This document shows, in pieces, positions 1-5,806 of a DNA stretch of 7,142 nt (within the stretch, counting starts at the first letter, position 1; each line of letters begins with the position of its first letter). The translations under genes were made by a program, and so were the position numbers. The stretch is from Candidatus Wukongarchaeum yapensis (GTDB taxonomy: Archaea > Asgardarchaeota > Wukongarchaeia > Wukongarchaeales > Wukongarchaeaceae), in assembly GCA_016840425.1 (NCBI GenBank), contig JAEOSI010000120.1, forward strand, positions 1-7,142. Reading direction: 5' to 3'. Under the pieces are notes generated by a model, which searched no databases, had not been told where the DNA came from, and was given only the letters and a program-made list of their open reading frames with translations.

Positions 1-62
1 TTAAAACTATAAACAGTTGAAAATGTAAGAGTCTATTATTTTATGTAGTTAGGATTTTTTTG

Positions 63-335
63 TTAGGGATTTACATTTTTGATAGCTCGGTCTTTTAGAA
101 GGTGAACTATATACCATCCAAGCGCTATTACGTAAAGTATTGATGTAACAATTGTCATCGACACGATAAGAAGTCTTGGTGATAATTCGGCGATAAGCCC
201 GTGTATTTTGTAGAATAATTGAGCCAGTATTCCAGCGCCCTTAGTTCCTTCACCCTCTTTCTTAAAACAGTGATAAAGCCAAAAAATCCCAAGGGTTGTT
301 AATTCAACCTTACAGAAAACAGGGTTAGTGATCAC
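63..335 (-). CDS. small hypothetical membrane protein (90 aa)
   Basis: ORF with GTG start inside an AGGTGAT SD-like sequence. One clear hydrophobic segment near the C-terminus (LLIVSMTIVTSILYVIALGWYIVHLL) and a weaker one near the N-terminus. No family recognised; the start is uncertain and it could be a gene fragment. Confidence 0.45.
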   Translation of the reverse strand: MITNPVFCKVELTTLGIFWLYHCFKKEGEGTKGAGILAQLFYKIHGLIAELSPRLLIVSMTIVTSILYVIALGWYIVHLLKDRAIKNVNP

Positions 336-403
336 CTACGATCTCTGGATGCAAAAAATCAAAAGATTTGAAAAAGAAAACATACCTCAAGAAAAATCAT
401 AAG

Positions 404-479
404 AAACCAAAAAAACTAAATAAGTTTTACAATAGGTTTAACGCGGTTTAACCAATTTTACAATAGCTTTAACTTTAAC
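404..479 (+). repeat. intergenic repeat cluster: TTTTACAATAG(G/C)TTTAAC direct repeat plus further TTTAAC units
   Basis: 425-442 TTTTACAATAGGTTTAAC and 456-473 TTTTACAATAGCTTTAAC match at 17/18 positions, 31 bp apart. TTTAAC occurs at 437, 447, 468 and 474. 404-442 resembles the reverse complement of 5746-5782. Confidence 0.7.
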
Positions 480-514
480 ATGTAGGATCTATTTTTGGTT
501 TTTTAGGGGCTTGC

Positions 515-1570
515 ATGTTGTTTAAGGGTAAATGTGCTGATTTATTGGCGGTTCTATTGGCATTTTTTCTCATATTTTGGTTGATTTGGTTTGTGGGTTT
601 TAGTGATGTTATTAAAACTGTTAAAGAAGCAGATTTGATGTATGCCATTATAGCGGTGGTTCTTTCTGTTTTAAGCTTGATTGTTAAAGGGTTTAGATTT
701 CATTATCTTTTAAAGTTTAGACATAACTGCTCCTTCAAGAATTTTATGCCCGCGTTTTTGTTTGGATACGCGTTATCTATTGCTTTTCCGTTAAAGTCTG
801 GAGAGGTTGCAAGGATAGAGTTAAAACGGAGGGTTTTGGGGGCAAATGCTGGAAATGTGACGGCTGCCCTCATTATGTTTAGGTTTTTCGATGTGATTGC
901 TATTTTTTTCTTGACAAGTTTGGCTTTCTTTTTCGTTATTCCACGATATACTGAAGGAGCATTGCTCATGATAGGATATTGGGCAGCATTATTGGTGGTA
1001 TTGGGGTTATTGATAGTTGCTGTAATTGTTACTTTTTGGGAAAAAGCAGGAAGAATGTTTTTCGATCACATGCTGTCTTTTACTAGTAAGTTTGGTAAGT
1101 TAGGTAAAAGACTTTCTCTTTTCATAAAGGAAGAGCTTGACAACTACTATCTTTCAGTAAAACGTTATAAAGAGCTTAAAACCCCCCTATTTATTACTCT
1201 AATTTTAACAATGATGAGGTGGGGGCTAGAAATCCTCATGCTTCAAGTGATTTTTATGGCTTTAGATGCAAAAATTTCTTTTATTACCGCAGCCTTTGTC
1301 ATAGGGGTAAGCATTTTTGTAGGTATAATGACCGCTCTCCCCGGAGGAATAGGTACAGGGACAATTTCTGGTGTTTTAGTTCTTACAACAATGGGCAGAG
1401 TTAACGAAGTTACAGCGACGGCAGGAATGCTATTAGCAACAGTTTTCGGCCCAATTCTGGTAGTTATCGCAGGTATAGCAGGACTAGGTATGATGAGAGC
1501 AAAAAAATATGAAATGAAAACAGAAAACAACAATAGAGGAAAAGAAAAAGGGGGAAAGAGAGGAAAGTAA
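515..1570 (+). CDS. UPF0104 / lysylphosphatidylglycerol synthase TM-domain (flippase-like, AglD2-like) membrane protein
   Basis: 351-aa polytopic protein with family-type motifs: N-terminal TM then 'DVIKTVKEADLMYAIIAVVLSVLSLIVKGFRFHYLL' (R-W/F position), 'PLKSGEVARIEL', 'RFFDVIAI' and 'ALPGGIG'. Basic C-terminal tail. Confidence 0.85.
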   Translation: MLFKGKCADLLAVLLAFFLIFWLIWFVGFSDVIKTVKEADLMYAIIAVVLSVLSLIVKGFRFHYLLKFRHNCSFKNFMPAFLFGYALSIAFPLKSGEVARIELKRRVLGANAGNVTAALIMFRFFDVIAIFFLTSLAFFFVIPRYTEGALLMIGYWAALLVVLGLLIVAVIVTFWEKAGRMFFDHMLSFTSKFGKLGKRLSLFIKEELDNYYLSVKRYKELKTPLFITLILTMMRWGLEILMLQVIFMALDAKISFITAAFVIGVSIFVGIMTALPGGIGTGTISGVLVLTTMGRVNEVTATAGMLLATVFGPILVVIAGIAGLGMMRAKKYEMKTENNNRGKEKGGKRGK

Positions 1571-1581
1571 GGGAGGATTTT

Positions 1582-2826
1582 TTAAAAGAATGTTGTTATT
1601 TTTGTTTGGTTTCTAATAAAGTTCAATAATTGACTTTTTTTAACCCAGTATTGTAAGGGGATTCCAAGTCCGTTATGTGAAGCTTTTAAAGCCTCTTCGA
1701 GGGAGGAAAACCTTTCAGGGGGGTTCTTAAAAGCTTGGCGAACATTCTCCCTGATCTGCCAAACACCCAAAGGAATGGTATATCCACCATGAACTTCCCT
1801 GAAAATAACGCAAGCTGCTTGCCTTCTGATCCTTGTGAGATATTCTGTAACACCGAGCCTTGCCGCATAATAAGCCCCTGAAACATTACTGGCATAAGAT
1901 TTACGCCCTTCATAAAACTCGTGATCCACTACAATCACAGGCTGCTTCCCAGTAACCCAAGCGGATCCAGGATACCAAGCTTCTAGTTGCTCAAAAGCCC
2001 AAGAGTGGGGTATCAAAATCACTCTGAAATAGTTGTCAAGGTAAGACGACTTAAAGACAAAGTATTCACCGATTTCCGGGTATTTTTTTATGAGGTTTAC
2101 GTAAAACTTGCTTGTAACGTCGTCTGTAGCGGTTATAGCCCAACGGGTAGGCACTAGTTTTCGCCGGGGTTTTGTGCCGAGAAGGCCTGCGGAAAGGATT
2201 CTTTGAATTGTGTTTACACTTAGCCCTCCTTCATAGAGGCTTATTATAGCAGAACCAGCTTTGAGGTCATAATCGTGAACACAACGGTCAACAACTCGTT
2301 CGACTTTGGGGTTTTCTGAAATATTGATAACTTTGAGCTTTCCTATTGGCCCGAAAGGTTGGGCGTTGGCGTTAAAATCGATCCTAATTTTTGGGGGTTT
2401 TTCAAATTTTGCTTCCACATCGATGGGCTTGCTTGAAATAACAAGTTCCCGTGTTGAATCGAATAAGCGGTCTTCCCAGGGGTTTTTAACCTCAACCGGG
2501 GTAACTGAGCGTACTAACCGTGATCTGTAATTAACGATGATTTCAAGGGGTTTTCCGAACCAAAGGTCAGGCTCGTCTAAAATTTTTACTTCTTCCCCGA
2601 AATCGGGGGGTATCATGGGACCAGCGTAAACTCTGGGATAATTGAACCTTCCGACAAAAAATGATGGAGGAGTGCTGCCGAATATGTCTTCATTTAACTC
2701 TTTTTTGTAGAAGGGTAAAAGGGCGTTCCAACGCGTTAGAAGTGGGCATTTTGAACGCCCACATAACATGCGTGAACCTTTACACAAAACACACCTTTGA
2801 GGAGATGAAGAAGGCAGTTTAACCAT
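1582..2826 (-). CDS. nreA: Nre family DNA repair protein (archaeal NreA; DUF650/DUF651)
   Basis: N-terminal CVLCKGSRMLCGRSKCP Cys4 motif, 'GSTPPSFFVGRFNYPRVYAGP', 'RKLVPTRWAITATDD', 'YYAARLGVTEYL', 'YTIPLGVWQIRENVR', and a C-terminal PIP box QTKITTFF. SD-like AGGTAGGA upstream of the ATG. Confidence 0.95.
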   Translation of the reverse strand: MVKLPSSSPQRCVLCKGSRMLCGRSKCPLLTRWNALLPFYKKELNEDIFGSTPPSFFVGRFNYPRVYAGPMIPPDFGEEVKILDEPDLWFGKPLEIIVNYRSRLVRSVTPVEVKNPWEDRLFDSTRELVISSKPIDVEAKFEKPPKIRIDFNANAQPFGPIGKLKVINISENPKVERVVDRCVHDYDLKAGSAIISLYEGGLSVNTIQRILSAGLLGTKPRRKLVPTRWAITATDDVTSKFYVNLIKKYPEIGEYFVFKSSYLDNYFRVILIPHSWAFEQLEAWYPGSAWVTGKQPVIVVDHEFYEGRKSYASNVSGAYYAARLGVTEYLTRIRRQAACVIFREVHGGYTIPLGVWQIRENVRQAFKNPPERFSSLEEALKASHNGLGIPLQYWVKKSQLLNFIRNQTKITTFF

Positions 2827-2862
2827 AAATTTCCTACCTAAAAAAATGCTTTATACTCAAAC

Positions 2863-2879
2863 TTTGAATCACTTTCAAA
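2863..2879. promoter_or_regulatory. palindrome TTTGAA-N5-TTCAAA upstream of nreA, candidate transcription-factor site
   Basis: Perfect 6-bp inverted repeat with a 5-nt spacer, 37-53 bp upstream of the nreA start codon. Confidence 0.35.
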
Positions 2880-3010
2880 ACATTTTCCAATTAAAACCTG
2901 TATCTTAAAACAATTTAAAATAATCTATTACTTAGAAAATTATGAGCAAAAAATAATAGGATAACTGTATAAAATTAATCGGATTAACTATTCAAAGCTT
3001 TAAAAATAGG

Positions 3011-3087
3011 GAGATTCTTGTCTTCATCCTCTTCCTGCTTTTATCTTCATGTCGCAAGAAAATCTCTTCAGTGAGGGAGAGGATGAA
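3011..3087. repeat. two interleaved inverted repeats immediately 5' of the tnpB remnant
   Basis: 3023-3036 TTCATCCTCTTCCT pairs with 3074-3087 AGGGAGAGGATGAA (14 bp, one G-T). 3011-3020 GAGATTCTTG pairs with 3055-3066 CAAGAAAATCTC (10 bp, 2-nt bulge). Confidence 0.55.
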
Positions 3088-3098
3088 AAATGCCTTAG

Positions 3099-3395
3099 AA
3101 TAGGATAAAGAAGCTCGACCCATGGAGCTATGGGACGCTGACCTCGCTCTTAGAGCGCAAACCCTGAAGAGTAGGCATCGTTTTAAGGAAGATCAGCGAA
3201 AAAAAATACACCAGTAAGACATATTTTCCCTCCGATGAAGATTAAGAGAAAAAACCGCTCAATAAAAAGAAGAAGTTTCAACTGCATAAAGTGCGTTTAC
3301 AAAAATCCCCCGATATGATCAGAGTTGTAAACATCCTTAAAACGTATCAGTATGGATCGTTTGAAAAAACGTTCCTAACTGTAATTCCCACGTGA
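3099..3395 (+). pseudogene. tnpB: degenerate 3' fragment of IS200/IS605 tnpB (RNA-guided endonuclease)
   Basis: Manual translation across frames. 3099-3242 gives NRIKKLDPWSYGTLTSLLERKP*RVGIVLRKISEKKYTSKT (TnpB W-S-F/Y..L..K...GI.V......YTSK/QTC segment). 3247-3309 in another frame gives RKNRSIKRRSFNCIKCVYKNP (zinc finger F-x-CxxC). 3312-3395 in the first frame gives DMIRVVNILKTY..* (RuvC-III D-x-x-G/A-A-x-N-I-L). Contains in-frame stops and at least two frameshifts. Confidence 0.85.
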
Positions 3396-3474
3396 ACTCG
3401 AGCAACGTAGTCAAATGGGGCGAATCTCATCTGACATGTACGGAAGCTCCGGCAGTAAGGACGGGGTAGTTCAC
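3392..3474 (+). mobile_element. IS200/IS605 right end (RE) / TnpB reRNA (omegaRNA) 3' scaffold
   Basis: Ends GGAAGCTCCGGCAGTAAGGACGGGGTAGTTCAC (3442-3474), resembling the common tnpB-element right end GAAGCCCCG..hairpin..CGGGGTAGTTCAC. The subterminal hairpin has a GTAA loop and two mismatches. GTGAACT (3392-3398) is complementary to AGTTCAC (3468-3474). It directly follows the tnpB remnant. Confidence 0.8.
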
Positions 3475-3510
3475 TATTGGTATTTAGCGTTACTACTCTT
3501 TCGATGGGGT

Positions 3511-4230
3511 TTATTTTTCTCTTTTTACTGGAGCGCCGCATACAATGCAATATCCGTCTTCATAGACCAGTTCTACACATTCCTCATCGAATTTGGCTAA
3601 ACACCTCGGACAACGGCGAAACTTTCTTTCTTCAAGTTTTCTAAAGGTACAGCTGCAAATGAAGGGAAAAACGTCGGTTCCTAGACCTTCTTCAAGTTCT
3701 ATCATTTTTGCTTTTTCATCAATCATGGTCAACTTTAGAGATTCCTCTTCATAGCTTCTTGCTGCCTGAATTAACTGATACAAACTTAAAGATTTTTGAG
3801 GTCCTACAGAGATATCAAAAAGGAGGGATCCTACCTCATCCTTATATTTTGTCCATTCTGAGTGTTCTCCTTTGATATTCTCCCAGCGCCATGTTATCTT
3901 AGAAGGTTCAAAGACTAGTTCAACTGTTCCGTCCCAGAGCTTGACTTGCTTAATTCCTGACACAAAGCCTACAATTCTTAAATATTGGGCGTGAAAATCT
4001 TCGATAGGGGCTACAGATTCATCTACCACAAAAACACGTAGTGATTTAGTTAGTGTGATTTCTTCTCCCTCAAGAAGTCTTTCTTTTACTGCAGTCATAA
4101 CTATGTGGGTTCTTAGCGGGTTATCGGGCCTTACTGCGTATAAGAAGTTGCTGAGACCTTCTAAAGCTATTTCTCCTGTCTCTTCTCGAATAATAACAAA
4201 TTCAGCACGACCTAAATACAACCAAAACAC
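3511..4230 (-). CDS. hypothetical protein with C-terminal RING/PHD-like cross-brace zinc finger
   Basis: 239-aa ORF with protein-like composition. C-terminus CSC-x12-CPRC-x4-D-x2-C-x9-CIVC. GTG start, or TTG three codons later with an AGGTG SD. N-terminal ~185 aa not recognised. Confidence 0.8.
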   Translation of the reverse strand: MFWLYLGRAEFVIIREETGEIALEGLSNFLYAVRPDNPLRTHIVMTAVKERLLEGEEITLTKSLRVFVVDESVAPIEDFHAQYLRIVGFVSGIKQVKLWDGTVELVFEPSKITWRWENIKGEHSEWTKYKDEVGSLLFDISVGPQKSLSLYQLIQAARSYEEESLKLTMIDEKAKMIELEEGLGTDVFPFICSCTFRKLEERKFRRCPRCLAKFDEECVELVYEDGYCIVCGAPVKREK

Positions 4231-4246
4231 CTAGCCGTAAAAACTT

Positions 4247-4262
4247 TATATTAAGTTTCTTT
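4247..4262 (-). promoter_or_regulatory. candidate archaeal BRE/TATA box for the RING-like gene
   Basis: Minus strand reads GAAAGAAAC-TTAATATA, 17-24 nt upstream of the annotated GTG. The region is AT-rich, so specificity is low. Confidence 0.3.
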
Positions 4263-4318
4263 CAATAGTTTTTAATTTAAGAATTTTTTATTTCTTTCTT
4301 ATTTTTAAAACTTGAGTA

Positions 4319-5035
4319 TTATTCAACCACAAATTCTATTCGCCTTATTCCTTTTCCTTTATTCACCTTTTTAACCAAACGCATCTTGCCTATCTCTGAA
4401 GTGTTAGCTACGTGGGTTCCGCCGCACGCACATTTATCCAATCCTTCTATCTCAATTATTCTTACCCTATTAATATTTTTAGGAAGTTTATCAAGGCGGC
4501 AACGTTCAGCGTTTAAAGTATTTTCAGCCTCCTCTCTATCAAGAAAGAAAACGTTTACAGGACGCTTTTTAGCCATTTCTTCGTTTGAAATTTTGAAAAG
4601 TTCCTCAAAATCTATAGGGTTTCCACCCTGCATTAAAAAATCGATCCGAGAACGGTTCTCGTGTATTTGGTTTCCCGCAGTAACCGCTCCCCAAACATCT
4701 AAAGCTATGGCAGAAATTAGATGCTGTGCAGTATGATAACGCATCATTTTGTAACGTCGACTCCAATCAATTTTCCCTACAACTATTTGTCTCTGTTTTA
4801 GGAGGGAGATATTTTTCCCTTCAATTTTGTGAAATACTTCAGAACCTTTTTTAAAACAATCAACCAACTTGAACCTTTCACTACCTATTTCCAATGTCCC
4901 ACGATCGCTTTCTTGTCCACCTCCCCTGGGATAAAAAGCTGTTTTATCTAAAATCAAGAGGGGTGGAGAAGTTTCAACAATCTTTGCCTCAAATTTACGC
5001 AAATAACTGTCCTCTAAATGGAGTAAAACAGTCAC
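4319..5035 (-). CDS. alaXM: free-standing alanyl-tRNA editing protein AlaX-M (Ser/Gly-tRNA(Ala) deacylase)
   Basis: Motifs 'LDKTAFYPRGGGQESDRG', 'IDWSRRYKMMRYHTAQHLIS' (HxxxH) and 'CACGGTHVANTSEIG' (CxxxH zinc ligands). GTG at 5035 (MTVLLHLEDSY) is preferred over TTG at 5044 because GGAGG (5046-5050) is 10 nt upstream of it but only 1 nt upstream of the TTG. Confidence 0.95.
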   Translation of the reverse strand: MTVLLHLEDSYLRKFEAKIVETSPPLLILDKTAFYPRGGGQESDRGTLEIGSERFKLVDCFKKGSEVFHKIEGKNISLLKQRQIVVGKIDWSRRYKMMRYHTAQHLISAIALDVWGAVTAGNQIHENRSRIDFLMQGGNPIDFEELFKISNEEMAKKRPVNVFFLDREEAENTLNAERCRLDKLPKNINRVRIIEIEGLDKCACGGTHVANTSEIGKMRLVKKVNKGKGIRRIEFVVE

Positions 5036-5074
5036 TAAAAACAAGCCTCCGAACTGGTGAATAAATTCCTTAGT

Positions 5075-5407
5075 TTAATAAACATATTCGCTTGTAAATT
5101 CTCTTCCTTGGGCTTGAATGATGCACTTTTTTCTTTTAGGAGAGATTACAATAATAGCTTTTTCTATAACTTCTATCGGAATTCCTTCATTAGGTAATAC
5201 TTCGTGAAACCACTTTGAGATAGCCTCGTAATACTTTTCTACGTCATCACCTTGCATGTTTGGAGTTATAGTACCAGAAATGAGATCAACTATAATTTCG
5301 CTATTTGGTGTAAACCAGTAAAATGGATCTTGCATATAACCATTTGGTGAACAAAGCTCAGACCTTATTGCTTCATATGCTACAGATTTTAGTCTAATTA
5401 ATTTCAT
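5075..5407 (-). CDS. hypothetical protein (110 aa), probably co-transcribed with alaXM
   Basis: ATG start, globular-looking composition, same strand as alaXM and only about 40 bp from its start. No family assigned with confidence. Confidence 0.75.
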   Translation of the reverse strand: MKLIRLKSVAYEAIRSELCSPNGYMQDPFYWFTPNSEIIVDLISGTITPNMQGDDVEKYYEAISKWFHEVLPNEGIPIEVIEKAIIVISPKRKKCIIQAQGREFTSEYVY

Positions 5408-5561
5408 CTTTGGTCAGCATGTAAATGATTAATAATTCTTTTTTATGGTTTGTGATTTTTTATCATTATTTTGTTTTTGGCTAAATATTTTGTTAGTATA
5501 TATTTTTATAAAACTGGAAGGTTTTGAAAAACAAGTTTTTCAGTGTTTTAAGGTGTTGTGT

Positions 5562-5761
5562 TTGGTTGTGAAGGTTGAGGAGTGTGATTTGCTTGTTAAG
5601 AACGCTAAAGTGGTAACTATGTGTGAAAGAAAGTCTAAAGCTAGGGGGTTTGGGTAAAAGGCGGGAGGATAATTGCTGTTTTTAAGAGGGATGGAGAAGG
5701 GGAGAGGCTTGAGGGAGAGGCTTTAGAGGGTTTGGATATGGGAGAGTTAAACCTATTGTAG
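5562..5761 (+). pseudogene. frameshifted, truncated N-terminus of a metal-dependent amidohydrolase (amidohydrolase_3/YtcJ-like)
   Basis: The frame of ORF 5445 gives EECDLLVKNAKVVTMCERKSKARG. After a one-base shift in the G5 run (5644-5648) it continues VWVKGGRIIAVFKRDGEGERLEGEALEGLDMGE, then stops at 5759. This matches the amidohydrolase N-terminal pattern D-L-I-x-K-N-A-x-I-x-T-M ... A-V-A-V-K-D-G-R-I-x-A-V-G ... I-D-L-x-G. AGGTG at 5551-5555 lies 6 nt before TTG 5562. Confidence 0.65.
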
Positions 5762-5782
5762 AACTGTTTAGTTTTTAGGTTT
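5746..5782 (-). repeat. inverted copy of the 404-442 intergenic motif
   Basis: Minus strand AAACCTAAAAACTAAACAGTTCTACAATAGGTTTAAC versus 404-442 AAACCAAAAAAACTAAATAAGTTTTACAATAGGTTTAAC. The last 15 bp are identical. Confidence 0.6.
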
Positions 5783-5806
5783 TTTTATATCCCTTCTTTT
5801 TCTTGA

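Noticed and set aside
1-18. TAAAACTATAAACAGTT at the window start, resembling part of the dispersed motif
   Set aside because: Only 9 bp (TAAACAGTT) match exactly and the TACAATAGG core is missing, so it is within chance for AT-rich DNA.
703-2530. Track ORFs 703-969, 1219-1404, 1243-1533, 1686-1913 and 2306-2530
   Set aside because: Antisense or alternate-frame shadows of the well-supported flippase-like and nreA genes.
3090-3205. Hammerhead-like CTGAAGAG core (3164-3171) with nearby hairpins (ATGCCT/AGGCAT, CCCAT/ATGGG, CGCTC/GAGCG)
   Set aside because: No correctly paired stem II closing onto GAAA. The region is better explained as decayed tnpB coding sequence.
3199-3206. A8 run as a programmed -1 frameshift site
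   Set aside because: It lies within a pseudogene with multiple stops and indels. The TnpB-like frame reads straight through it.
3083-3217. ORF MKNALE*DKEARPMELWDADL... with in-frame TAG (possible pyrrolysine or readthrough)
   Set aside because: It is an off-frame reading of the tnpB pseudogene. No pyl genes or recognisable product support recoding.
3392-3474. Minus-strand reading GTGAACTACCCC...GACTACGTT resembling a HEARO/IscB omegaRNA 5' end
   Set aside because: No iscB ORF follows on the minus strand. The plus-strand reading directly follows a tnpB C-terminus and fits a tnpB right end.
3347-3600. Track ORFs 3347-3550 (-) and 3415-3600 (+)
   Set aside because: They overlap the IS right end and the RING-like gene and show no protein-family features.
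4386-4736. 116-aa plus-strand ORF
   Set aside because: Antisense shadow of alaXM.
5445-5657. 70-aa ORF as an intact gene
   Set aside because: The first ~39 codons are low-complexity T-rich intergenic DNA. Only the distal part is meaningful, as the start of the amidohydrolase pseudogene.
5700-5723. GGGAGAGGCTT direct repeat (5700-5710, 5713-5723)
   Set aside because: Short local duplication in a purine-rich pseudogene tract, with no spacers or further copies. Not CRISPR-like.
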